DNA of 48,990 nt from Gammaproteobacteria bacterium (lineage in GTDB: Bacteria > Pseudomonadota > Gammaproteobacteria > Pseudomonadales > Azotimanducaceae): assembly GCA_963693635.1 (NCBI GenBank), contig CAVOBC010000001.1:1-48990 (forward strand), given 5' to 3'. The position numbers and the translations under genes were made by a program. Each line of letters starts with the position of its first letter. Within the stretch, counting starts at the first letter, position 1. The notes beneath the pieces are model-generated. The model did not search any database, had not been told where the DNA came from, and was given only the letters and a program-made list of their open reading frames with translations. Of this stretch, positions 9,037 through 18,655 are shown piece after piece.

Positions 9037-10657
9037 CTAACGGTCAGGCACGGTATTGATCTCGACATCGACGCGTTCGCATGGGCGATCCCGCGTCGGC
9101 GCGGTGGCGCCTACCCTCGCGGTCTCGCCGGGCGGCCCGAGCGCCGAGAGGCCAGACGCGAGGATAGTTCGCGCTTGCTCCACATCGACCGCGCCCGGTT
9201 CGAGCGAGAGCGAGAAGCCAGGAATCTGCCGCACCATCACGAGCGGCGCGTCACCCGCACCGTCAACGACATAGGCCGCGACGGGCGTGCGCAGGCCGCG
9301 CACCCGCACGGGCCCGCACGGGCTGCAGGCAAATGCCAGTCGAACCAGTTGCCGGGTCTGTTCCGAGATCAGGATCTGATCGCGGCCGGCGAGCCCCTCC
9401 AACCGACTCGCCAGGTTTACCGTGCTGCCGATCACCGTGTAGTCCAGCCGTTCGGATGAGCCGAAGCTGCCGACGGAGCAATACCCGGTGCTGATACCAA
9501 TCCGTATGTGCAGTTCGCACGCGACACCTTCGTCGCGCCAGACCTGCCGCAGGTCCTGCAGCGACCGACGCATGTCGAGCGCCATCTCAACGCATGCAAT
9601 TGCATCTTCACGCACGCCCCGACTATGCGGATCACCGAAGAACACCATCACCCCGTCCCCCAGAAACTTGTCGAGCGTGCCGCCATGGTTGCGTGCGGAT
9701 CGCCGCCATGCGGTCCAGATACTGATTGAGACAACGCGTCAGCGCTTCTTCCTCCATGTTGTCCATTAGCTCGGTGAAGCCCTCGATGTCCGAGAAGAAG
9801 AGCGTGAGTTTGCGCCGGGTCGTTCGGGGCATTGCGGTCAGCTCACTCGCCCGCAGGCGATCGACAAGTTGGGGCGCAACATATTTGCTGAGGCTTTCGT
9901 TCAGCCCTGCAAGGCGACTGCTGGCCTGTCGCGCCCGGCGATGCCCCATGCGCCACTGGCGATTCTCGTGCGACACCAGAAAGCCGATGGCGCCCGTATT
10001 GATAAGGAGCGCGATGCCGCTCAGCGCGTCCGTCAGGGTCGAACCGGCATTCGTCGGCACGTCCAGCAAGACGAACGCGGCGACCGTCGTGACGACGGCA
10101 ACCATGGTCGCTGCAACGAGCGACGCGAGTCCCCCAAAGATAAGCGCCGCCATGGTAAGGGCAACCAGAAAGGCGAGAGACGCGAGCGGGTGGAGCCCAA
10201 CCGCAGCGATCAGGATGCCCGTCAGCAGCCCATCGGCGAGCAACGCCCGCCGCACCACCGCCCCGTTCTTCGTAGACCCGCTGATTCCGGCAGCGTTCGC
10301 ATCCGTACGGATTTGGCCAGAATCGGTTAGAGGCAAGCGGGTCTGGATCGAGGTCGCAGAAGCGTCCGCGAAAGTCTGGCGAACTCCGGACCCGATCGCG
10401 TCAGGCGATATTGCGTCAGCACCCGCCTCGTCAACGCACCCACCGACGGGGCCGCGAGTGTGGGCGGCAAGGAGCCGTAGCTGCAACCGATAGAGCAGGT
10501 GCGGGTACAGGAGCAGAACGACCCCGAGGCCCAGCAACCAGATCTGCAACGGGTCCGCAATCAGGATGCTGAAAACAATCAGGCCCGCGAGCCCGTACAT
10601 CAGCACCCGGGGCCGGTAACTCACGCGAATTAGATAATGGACGTCGTCTGCATTCAT
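9037..10657 (-). pseudogene. membrane-anchored class III adenylate cyclase (CyaB/MASE2-like), frameshifted
   Basis: ORF 9632-10657 encodes a multi-helix membrane domain and the start of the cyclase domain (RKLTLFFSDIEGFTELM...YLDRMAAI). The domain continues in another frame as ARNHGGTLDKFLGDGVMVFFGDP...RIGISTGYCSVGSFGS...YTVIGSTVNLASRLEG (ORF 9037-9651). The junction is at about 9697 and is consistent with one extra nucleotide. Confidence 0.75.
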
Positions 10658-10778
10658 GGGCAGACGTTAGCCCCGTCGACGGTCCGCGGCGATAGGACAT
10701 CGCCCCGGCCGCGCGCGCCAGATCACTGCAACGGGTGTAAGACGATCACCTGTCAGCCCGTGCGATTCTCGCCCGCCC

Positions 10779-10842
10779 CTATTCACGGCTCGCGAAGCGA
10801 ACGTGAACTTCAGCTATTCACGGCTCGCGAAGCGAACGTGAA
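10779..10842. repeat. tandem direct repeat, 2 x 29 nt (ctattcacggctcgcgaagcgaacgtgaa) separated by 6 nt
   Basis: Exact copies at 10779-10807 and 10814-10842 (period 35). Each copy contains the inverted repeat TTCACG...CGTGAA and could form a hairpin. Confidence 0.9.
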
Positions 10843-11092
10843 ATCCGCTTCGGCCAAGCACAGTTGCTTTCAACAGACTGCTAATCCTTGTCCAGCGCCC
10901 TGATCTCGCGATCAAGCGGTCATCGGTGACCACCTGCTCGAGCACCTGAATGCAGGATTCCAGGTCATCAATGCGCCCTTCGTACCCATCCAGGTCAACA
11001 TCGACCGGGTCGCGGGTCCGGATCCGGGTAATCAGAACGCCAGCAAGGCATCCCACAATGACGATCAACGCAACCATATCAAAGACGCCCAT
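10814..11092 (-). CDS. hypothetical small single-pass membrane protein
   Basis: ATG at 11092 is preceded by GGGGAGA about 6 nt upstream. It has one hydrophobic helix (VALIVIVGCLAGVLI) followed by GRIDDLESCIQVLEQVV, loosely PspB-like. The C-terminal tail runs into the tandem repeat, so the true stop and extent are uncertain. Confidence 0.4.
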   Translation of the reverse strand: MGVFDMVALIVIVGCLAGVLITRIRTRDPVDVDLDGYEGRIDDLESCIQVLEQVVTDDRLIARSGRWTRISSLLKATVLGRSGFHVRFASRE

Positions 11093-11144
11093 CTGATCTC
11101 CCCTGTCCTCTTTTTCGTTCGGCATGTCGTCGTGTCCGCACTCG

Positions 11145-12341
11145 CTACAACACCGCCTCCATTGCAAACGTGCGCACCGGGTCGACCTCCACGTCGTAGT
11201 CGACGCCGTCGATGCCAAATCCATGCAACGCAAGGAACGCATCTCGATAAGCATCGAAGTCCGCGACGGCGGCGAGATTCTCGGCGGTCACATTCCAGTT
11301 GGCTTTCACATAGTCCTGCACGTCGCGGCCAAGTTCCAGGTCGTCCATGCGCAATCGCCCCGCATCATCCGGCGCAACGGGCTCTGCGGCGTAAAGGCCA
11401 GTCTCAAACAACCGCTGCGTTTGCTCAATACAGCCCTCGTGCGTACCCGCCTCCTGCATCACCTTGAACAGCAGCGAGAGGTAAATCGGCATACCAGGGA
11501 TCGCCGCAGCAGCCTGGGTGACCAGCCCTTTCATGACGCAGACCCGGGCGCTGCCGCCGACCCCCGCCATCGGCGCTGCAAGGGCACGCGACGCGCGGTC
11601 GAGATCTTCCTTGGCCTTGCCGATGGTGCCGTGAAAATAGATGGGCCAGGTGACCTCGCTGCCGAGATAGGTGTAGTTAGTCGTGATGCAACCTTGCGCC
11701 AACACATCAGCCGCGCGCAGCGCGTCGATCCAAAGCTCCCAGTCCTCGCCGCCCATGACCTGCACCGTGTCTGCCGTCTCCTTGATGGTTGCCGGCTCAA
11801 GCGCAATCTCGCGAATATCCCGCGTATTAAAATCGATGGTCTTGCCACTGAACGCCTGACCAATCGGTTTGAGCGTGGAACGCTTGAGTTCTCCCCCTGG
11901 AATCTGTCGGGCAGGGGCTGCAACCGAGTACACCACGAGATCAACCTTGCCGCCCATCTCTCTGATGATGGTATCGATCGCCTGCTGCTTGATCTCATCG
12001 GAGAACGCGTCGCCCTGAATGTTGCCGGCATAGAGACCCGCGCCGGCCGCCGCCTCCGTGAACGCCGCCGTTTTGTACCAGCCTGGCGAAGCGGTCCGCT
12101 TGCCGTCTGCGCCACGTTCAAAGAACACGCCGAGCGTGTTGGCGCCCGCGCCAAAGGCTGCACTGATGCGGGACGCGAGGCCATAGCCACCGGATGCGCC
12201 GACAATAAGTACATTCCGGGGGCCGCTGGTGATCGGCGCGCGACGCGCGACGTACGCGATATCCCGTTGCACATCCCGTTCACACCCTACTGGGTGAGCC
12301 GCGGTGCACAGAAAACCACGCACTCTGGGTTTGATAATCAT
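11145..12341 (-). CDS. fabV: enoyl-[acyl-carrier-protein] reductase FabV (trans-2-enoyl-CoA reductase family)
   Basis: MIIKPRVRGFLCTAAHPVGCERDVQRDIAYV is the characteristic FabV N-terminus. The protein is about 398 aa from ATG 12341. Confidence 0.85.
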   Translation of the reverse strand: MIIKPRVRGFLCTAAHPVGCERDVQRDIAYVARRAPITSGPRNVLIVGASGGYGLASRISAAFGAGANTLGVFFERGADGKRTASPGWYKTAAFTEAAAGAGLYAGNIQGDAFSDEIKQQAIDTIIREMGGKVDLVVYSVAAPARQIPGGELKRSTLKPIGQAFSGKTIDFNTRDIREIALEPATIKETADTVQVMGGEDWELWIDALRAADVLAQGCITTNYTYLGSEVTWPIYFHGTIGKAKEDLDRASRALAAPMAGVGGSARVCVMKGLVTQAAAAIPGMPIYLSLLFKVMQEAGTHEGCIEQTQRLFETGLYAAEPVAPDDAGRLRMDDLELGRDVQDYVKANWNVTAENLAAVADFDAYRDAFLALHGFGIDGVDYDVEVDPVRTFAMEAVL

Positions 12342-12410
12342 GAAATCTCGCTTCCTCTCATCTAGTCCATCTTGTCGGTTTGCGATTCTAGCGACCAAAC
12401 GCTCGTCGCC

Positions 12411-13325
12411 TCAGCGCGATTTGCTCTTTTGCTTCTTCTTGCGCGTTGCGTGTTTCGGTGTGCCGGACTGACCGGCCGGCCGATCCGAAGGCGCAGTCGC
12501 TGCGCGCCCCTCGCGCGAGCCAGGCATTTCAGCGGGTCCGCGCGCCACGAGACCCAGTCGATAGGCCAGCACCACCAACACGACGCCTGCGGCAATCATC
12601 GGCAAGGACAGTATCTGCCCCATCGTAACCCAGCCCAGCGCGACGAAGTTCAGATGCGCATCCGGCATGCGAAAGAACTCCGAGAAGACGCGCAGACAGC
12701 CATAGCCGATGAGGAAAACACCCGACGTCGCCATGACGGGCCGAGGCATCCTGGCAAAGATGAACAAGACCGCGAACAGCACCGGCCCTTCAACCAGGCT
12801 TTGATACAAACTGGACGGATGTCGCGCCACGAAGTCGCCGGGATAGACCACCGCCCAGGGCACGTCGGCGACGCGACCAGGCAACTCAGCGTTAATGAAG
12901 TTGCCGAGACGACCGAAGCCAAGCCCGACCGGGATGACCGGCGCGATGAAGTCTGTGACCTCGAAGTAGCGACGCCCACTCTTCCTCGCGTACAACCCCA
13001 TGGCAACCAGCACGCCAAGCATGCCGCCATGGAACGACATGCCGCCCTTCCAGACCATGAAGATGCGCAGCGGGTCCTCGATCAGGGCCTCCATGCCATA
13101 GAACAGCATGTAGCCCACCCGACCGCCCAGAATCACACCCAGCACCAGATAGAACGCCAGATCCGAAATCTGCTCACTGGTGAACGAAAGTCCGTAGCGG
13201 CGAGTGCGCCACGTCACGAGCCACCAGCCCGACCCGATACCCACCAGATAAGACAGTGCATACCAGTGGATAGACACCGGACCAAGGCTAATCGCAACCG
13301 GATCAAACGCCGGGTAGTGCCACAT
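12411..13325 (-). CDS. lgt: prolipoprotein diacylglyceryl transferase
   Basis: The 304-aa polytopic protein begins FDPVAISLGPVSIHWYALSYLVGI and contains GGRVGYMLFY and GRLGNFINAELPGR, which are Lgt signatures. It has a basic C-terminal tail. Confidence 0.9.
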   Translation of the reverse strand: MWHYPAFDPVAISLGPVSIHWYALSYLVGIGSGWWLVTWRTRRYGLSFTSEQISDLAFYLVLGVILGGRVGYMLFYGMEALIEDPLRIFMVWKGGMSFHGGMLGVLVAMGLYARKSGRRYFEVTDFIAPVIPVGLGFGRLGNFINAELPGRVADVPWAVVYPGDFVARHPSSLYQSLVEGPVLFAVLFIFARMPRPVMATSGVFLIGYGCLRVFSEFFRMPDAHLNFVALGWVTMGQILSLPMIAAGVVLVVLAYRLGLVARGPAEMPGSREGRAATAPSDRPAGQSGTPKHATRKKKQKSKSR

Positions 13326-13387
13326 TGCTAAGTGTCCTTTTCGCTTGGTGCCCGCTAATCACGATCAGCCTGTCTGCGCGCGTTCGG

Positions 13388-13440
13388 GTGTGTATGTCGG
13401 TGTGCATGTCGCTGTAGGTGCGGCGTAGGTGTGCACGTCG
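13388..13440. repeat. degenerate 12-nt GT-rich repeats (gtgtgtatgtcg / gtgtgcatgtcg / gtgtgcacgtcg)
   Basis: Two adjacent units lie at 13388-13411 and a third at 13429-13440, in the lgt / NRDE-gene divergent intergenic region. Confidence 0.8.
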
Positions 13441-13593
13441 GTCTGCGCAGCGTGGCGATAGGCAGGCAAACGCCAAAGCGCGCCCTGCACACGACGCCGG
13501 TTCTTCGCAAACGCTGCGCATTATCCGGCATACCGACCGGTTTGATAAACTCGCCCGCTCCTTAACCCGCCGCCGAACCAAAAACGCCTGCCT

Positions 13594-14319
13594 ATGTGTC
13601 TTATTCTCTTCGCCATCGATCAAGCAGACCATCGTCTCGTTGTCGCTGCCAATCGCGATGAGTATTACGCCCGACCCGCATCCCGCGCGGATTTCTGGTC
13701 CGACCATCCGTCCGTGCTCGCAGGACGCGACCTGCAAGCCGGCGGAACTTGGCTTGGCGTGACCACGGGCGGGCGGTTCGCCGCCGTAACCAATTTTCGT
13801 GAAACGCCGCCGCAGCCGATGCCGCCGCGTTCTCGTGGCGACCTGACGGCCGACTTCCTGACGGGCAGCGAAGCGCCCGCCGAGTATCTTGCCCGGATCG
13901 CCCAACGCGGACACCTTTACCGCGGCTTCAATTTGCTGATCGCTGACCCGAGCGGTGCGTACTATTACAGCAATCGCGGCGGCCTGCCGAAAAAACTGCC
14001 CGCTGGCGTCTATGGTCTGAGCAATCAGCTTCTGGACTGCGACTGGCCCAAGGTAGTCGGTGGTCGCGAAAAACTCGACGCCCTGCTCAAACGCGCGTCA
14101 CCCATCGAGGCGCAAGAGTTGTGCTTCGACCTGCTCGCGGACCGTGGTGACGGTCGCGCCAACTCCCCGAGTTTCATCGAGAGTCCCGAATACGGCACGT
14201 GCGCCGCAACGTTTGTGCGGATGACATCCCGGGAGGTTCAGCTTGGCGAACGCGGATTCAAAGCCGGTGGTGTGGGGACGGGCGACATGCGTCATCAGTT
14301 CAACATGGCGGTGAGCTAG
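13594..14319 (+). CDS. NRDE-family protein (TANGO2/DUF833-like)
   Basis: MCLILFA...VVAANRDEYYARP carries the N-terminal Cys and the NRDE motif that name the family. The protein is 241 aa. Confidence 0.75.
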   Translation: MCLILFAIDQADHRLVVAANRDEYYARPASRADFWSDHPSVLAGRDLQAGGTWLGVTTGGRFAAVTNFRETPPQPMPPRSRGDLTADFLTGSEAPAEYLARIAQRGHLYRGFNLLIADPSGAYYYSNRGGLPKKLPAGVYGLSNQLLDCDWPKVVGGREKLDALLKRASPIEAQELCFDLLADRGDGRANSPSFIESPEYGTCAATFVRMTSREVQLGERGFKAGGVGTGDMRHQFNMAVS

Positions 14320-14346
14320 TTCCTGTCTCAGAACCCTGGGCGCTCC

Positions 14347-16617
14347 TCAGTGATTGCGACCGGATCGGATCAGACGGCCGAGTCCGAACTCCCGCAAGCG
14401 TTCGTCCATATAATTCTTGATCAGATGGGCGTTCTCCATCTTTAGAACCGTATCGAGAACCTGCCGCGCGCGTTTCATCTCCACGCTGCGGATCACCCAT
14501 TTAATGATCGGCAGGTTGGGCGAAATCATGGACAACTCATCGAAACCCATCGCCACGAGCAGGATGGCTGCCGCTGGATTCCCGGCCATCTCGCCGCAGA
14601 TACCGACTTCCTTCTTAGCCAGCCGCGCCTCACCGACGACATGTTGCAGCGCGTGCAACACGGCCGGATGGAAGTCCTGATACAGCTCGGCCACCCGCGC
14701 ATTGTTGCGATCAACAGCGAGCATGTACTGAATGAGGTCGTTTGAGCCAACCGCAAGAAAGTCGACCCGGCTCAGGATCGCGCGGGTTTGATAAACCGCC
14801 GCCGGGACCTCGATCATGACGCCGATGTCCGGCATCTCGACCTCGACCCCCTCCTCGACGATTTCTCGATAACACTGGGCAATCAGCCGCTGGGCCTCAT
14901 CCACTTCCATGACACTGCTGACCATCGGCACCATGATGCGCAGATGCCCGTCGATGCCCTCATTGGCGCTGATCATCGCCCGGACCTGGCTCAGGAAGAT
15001 CTCGGGATGGTCGAGCGTCACGCGGATGCCGCGCCAGCCAAGGAAGGGATTTTCTTCTTCGATCGGAAAGTACGGCAGTGATTTGTCGCCACCGATGTCG
15101 AGCGTGCGCATGGTCACGGCCATCGGCGAAAACGCTTTGAGATGCTCGCGATAAATCTCGCGCTGCTCGTCTTCAGTCGGAAAGCGATCGCGCATCATAA
15201 AGTAGCTTTCGGTGCGATAAAGGCCCACACCCTCAGCACCGCGGTCGAGCGAACGCACAACGTCCGTCATCAATCCGGTATTGACCCACAACTTTACCCG
15301 GTCGCCATCGAGCGTCACCGCGGGTTCGTCGCGCAGGCCCTCGAGGCCCTCGATCAGCTCCTCCTCCTCGCGCATGACCTTCAGGTAGGACCGCTCCTGA
15401 CTTTCGTTCGGATGCGTTATGACGACGCCGTCGAAACCGTCGACGATGATCGGGCTGGCATGCACGCGCTTGATCGGCAAGTCATCCGCGCCCATCACCG
15501 TTGGCAAACCCATCGCTTCGGCGAGTATGGCCGCGTGTGATGTGACCGAACCACTCACCGAGACCACGCCGACGAGACATTCCTCAGGCACCTCCCCCAA
15601 CATCGCAGGGGTCAGTTCATCAGCCACCAGAACGGTCTTGTCCGGAAAATTGCGACCCGGCGTACCCCGCGTCTGACGCTGCAGGTTTGCGAGTACTCGC
15701 TGTCCCAGATCCTTGACGTCCGCGCCGCGCTCGCGCATGTACTCATCGTCCATCAGATCAAAGGTCGCCACGTGGCTGTCAATGACGTGCTTAAGTGCGC
15801 CCTGGGCCCAGACCGTGTCGCTAACGATGCGCGTGGTCACCTCGACTTCGACCTCGCCCAGCATCTGGATGTAGACGTCAAAGAGCGCGCGTTCACTTCG
15901 CTGCAGCCGAAACGACAGTTTCTGGGAGAGGTCCTCAATCTCAGCGCGGGTCGACTCGACCGCCGCGGCAAACAGGGCAGTCTCCTCCGCCACGTCGGTC
16001 GCCGGCCGTTCTGGCACCGAGTCGAGATCACTATCCGGAAACAGCACGTAGGCGGTGCCGATCGCAACACCCGCGCCGCTCGGCGTGCCACTGTAGGTGC
16101 GAGGGGCGTTCGCGTCGGTCATGTCCTGCAACGCGCCCGTCGCCGACGCGTGGGAGATGCGACCGCCCAGTCTGCCAGCGAGGGTAATCAGAAACGCTTC
16201 TTCGTCTGCGTTGTAGCGACGCGAGTCCCGGTCTTGTACGACGAGCACGCCGAGCACACGCTTGTGCTCAATGATCGGCGTGCCAAGGAACGAATGAAAC
16301 GGCTCCTCGCCAAGTTCGTCGATGTACAAAAAATGTGGATGTGACGGCGCGTCATCGAGATTGATCGGCTCGGCACGTTGCCCAACCAATCCGACCAGGC
16401 CGTCTGCAGCGCCGATCATCACGCGGCCAATGGCATCTGCGTTCAATCCACGCGTTGCCATCAGAACGTACTTGTTCTGCTTCGGGTCAAGGAGGTAGAC
16501 CGAACAGACGTTACAGTCCATTTCACGCTGGACCGACGACACAATCAGATCCAGTGCCGTCTCAAGGTCCTCGGCCGCATTAACCCCTTGCACGACCCGG
16601 CGAAGAACCTCGAGCAT
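14347..16617 (-). CDS. ptsP: phosphoenolpyruvate-protein phosphotransferase PtsP (EI-Ntr, GAF domain)
   Basis: An N-terminal GAF domain (MLEVLRRVVQGV...CSVYLLD) precedes PEP-utilising enzyme domains (GSVTSHAAILA, FLAVGSNDLIQY). It lies immediately downstream of rppH, as in many gammaproteobacteria. An upstream ATG at 16659 is also possible. Confidence 0.9.
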   Translation of the reverse strand: MLEVLRRVVQGVNAAEDLETALDLIVSSVQREMDCNVCSVYLLDPKQNKYVLMATRGLNADAIGRVMIGAADGLVGLVGQRAEPINLDDAPSHPHFLYIDELGEEPFHSFLGTPIIEHKRVLGVLVVQDRDSRRYNADEEAFLITLAGRLGGRISHASATGALQDMTDANAPRTYSGTPSGAGVAIGTAYVLFPDSDLDSVPERPATDVAEETALFAAAVESTRAEIEDLSQKLSFRLQRSERALFDVYIQMLGEVEVEVTTRIVSDTVWAQGALKHVIDSHVATFDLMDDEYMRERGADVKDLGQRVLANLQRQTRGTPGRNFPDKTVLVADELTPAMLGEVPEECLVGVVSVSGSVTSHAAILAEAMGLPTVMGADDLPIKRVHASPIIVDGFDGVVITHPNESQERSYLKVMREEEELIEGLEGLRDEPAVTLDGDRVKLWVNTGLMTDVVRSLDRGAEGVGLYRTESYFMMRDRFPTEDEQREIYREHLKAFSPMAVTMRTLDIGGDKSLPYFPIEEENPFLGWRGIRVTLDHPEIFLSQVRAMISANEGIDGHLRIMVPMVSSVMEVDEAQRLIAQCYREIVEEGVEVEMPDIGVMIEVPAAVYQTRAILSRVDFLAVGSNDLIQYMLAVDRNNARVAELYQDFHPAVLHALQHVVGEARLAKKEVGICGEMAGNPAAAILLVAMGFDELSMISPNLPIIKWVIRSVEMKRARQVLDTVLKMENAHLIKNYMDERLREFGLGRLIRSGRNH

Positions 16618-16770
16618 GCTCGTGCCCTGTTGTCCTTGCAGGAAGCGGCGCGCGTCCATCGAACTTTTACCGAAGTGGGGAGAACGATGGATTATCCATC
16701 ACGTCGCAAGTCGATAGATAGACGATTTCGGCAGAAACACAGCACCAAAAGAGTGCGCGTGAACCGAGGG

Positions 16771-17253
16771 CTATCGGCTCAAGCAGCGTGACATCGACGG
16801 CGCTAGCTCTTTCATGGCGCGTCGATACACATCGCGCTTGAAGGCAATGACCTGGCCAAGGGGATACCAGTAACTCACCCAACGCCAGTGATCAAACTCG
16901 GGCTTGTGGCAGTTGGACACCTGCACCGCGGCATCCTCCGCCAGCATCTTGAGCAAAAACCACTTCTGCTTTTGACCGACAAAGGAACTTCGATCCTGCC
17001 GCAGAAACCGGCGAGGCAGCTTGTACCGCAACCAGCCGCGCGTGCACGCGACCACCTGGACGTCACTGTCGGTAAGTCCAACCTCTTCACCCAACTCGCG
17101 AAACAGCGCCTCCTCGGGCGACTCCCGAGGCGCGATGCCGCCCTGCGGAAACTGCCACGCATCCTGTCCAACGCGCTTTGCCCAGAGCACCTGACCGGCT
17201 GTGTTCGCCACGATGATCCCGACGTTGGGACGATACCCATCCGCGTCTATCAC
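16771..17253 (-). CDS. rppH: RNA pyrophosphohydrolase
   Basis: (M)[16 protein letters not shown]...WQFPQGGI...[12 protein letters not shown] is a Nudix box nearly collinear with E. coli RppH. The start codon is GTG. Confidence 0.9.
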   Translation of the reverse strand: MIDADGYRPNVGIIVANTAGQVLWAKRVGQDAWQFPQGGIAPRESPEEALFRELGEEVGLTDSDVQVVACTRGWLRYKLPRRFLRQDRSSFVGQKQKWFLLKMLAEDAAVQVSNCHKPEFDHWRWVSYWYPLGQVIAFKRDVYRRAMKELAPSMSRCLSR

Positions 17254-17625
17254 GTTGGCAATCCGTCAATGCAAAAAGCCATTGTGAAGCAATCCCGAGG
17301 GACGGGCAAACAAACCACCGCCGCCGGATGGCGCATAAACCAGACTGTCTGGCAGTGTTCGATTCACATGTACAGCAGGATTCGGCATCATGGATACACA
17401 CCTTCGTCAGCCCCCAATGTGAATTGACGCATCGGCCTCGCTTCTTGCATCCAAGCTGAAAACCATCACGAACAGCGGCATGTTATGAGCCCTTCCAGTC
17501 AGTGCCGACAGCCAGGATTGCAGGCTTTCATCACACCTGTCGACGCAAGCGTGTCCGTCGCAAAGAACCGGGGTCCGCATGCCGCATAACGCCCCCGCTG
17601 TCCCCCTGCATCTCGGGATTAGCCG

Positions 17626-18581
17626 ATGACCGAGGAATTCAATCAGCCGCAGAGCGGCAACGAGATGCCGCGATTCGGCGGGCAGGCAAGCATGTTTCGC
17701 CTGCCCGTGCACGCTGATGCCGCCGGGTTGGACGTCGCCATCATCGGCGTGCCCCTGGATATCGGTACGAGCAACCGGCCGGGCACCCGTTTCGGTCCCC
17801 GCGGGATTCGAGCGGAATCAGTGCTGGTGCGCCCCTATGGCATGGCCACGCGCGCGGCGCCCTTTGACAGCCTCCAGATTGCGGACATCGGCGAACGTGC
17901 CGATCAACCCGTTCGACCTCAAGGACTCGATTCAGATCATCGAAGCCTACTACGACAGCGTCCTGTTGACGGGAACCAAACCGCTTTCGTTGGGCGGTGA
18001 CCACACAATCGCACTACCCATCCTGCGTGCATTGGCAAGGAAGCACGGCTAGATGGCGCTCGTTCACGTCGACGCGCACGCGGACATCAATGACACCATG
18101 TTTGGCGAGAAAGTGACGCACGGCACCATTTTCCGCCGTGCGCTGGAAGAAGAACTCGTTGATGGCGCGAAGATGTTCCAGATCGGCTTGCGCGCCACCG
18201 GATACAGCGCCGAAGATTTCGACTGGTCCCGGCAACAGGGCGCACGAGTCGTCCAGGCCGAGGCCTGTTGGTACAAATCACTTTCGCCTTTGATGGACGA
18301 GGACGTGCGGCCATTGGTGACAGCACGCCGACGTACCTGAGCTTCGACATTGATGGGCTGGATCCTGCAATCGCGCCCGGCACCGGCACGCCAGAGCCAG
18401 CCGGTTATCGGCGCCCCAAGGGCTCGAGATCATTCGCGGCATGTATGGCACCAACCAGGTTGGCGCAGATCTGGTAGAGGTTTCGCCCCCGTACGACACG
18501 ACCGGCAACACGGCCCTGCTTGCAGCTAACCTTGTCTTTGAAATGCTCTGCAGTTTTCCAGGATGTCAGCGACGGGCCTGA
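17626..18581 (+). pseudogene. gbuA: agmatinase-family ureohydrolase (guanidinobutyrase GbuA-like), multiply disrupted
   Basis: A full-length homolog can be read only by switching frames 1>2>1>3: NEMPRFGG...RFGPRGIRAESV...PFDSLQIADIG | VPINPFDL...GGDHTIALPILRALARKHG * MALVHVDAHADIND... | RAAIGDSTPTYLSFDIDGLDP...GTGTPEPAG | LSAPQGLEIIRG...DLVEVSPPYD. The lesions are +1 nt near 17894, TAG at 18050-18052, -1 nt near 18302 and -1 nt near 18404. Confidence 0.8.
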
Positions 18582-18655
18582 GATCCCGCGCAAGAGGCCA
18601 CCAGTCGACGTGCTTCGGATACACTGCGCGCCACACGCCTCTGAGCCCATTACCC

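Noticed and set aside
11124-13331. ORFs of 413 aa (11124-12365) and 319 aa (12372-13331) on the + strand.
   Set aside because: They are exactly antisense to fabV and lgt and have low-complexity Arg/His/Asp-rich translations. They are GC-bias artefacts.
17254-17625. A guanidine riboswitch (ykkC, mini-ykkC, ykkC-III) upstream of the guanidinobutyrase remnant.
   Set aside because: No ACGR-loop hairpin pair or ykkC-type conserved core is visible, and the region looks like an ordinary divergent promoter spacer.
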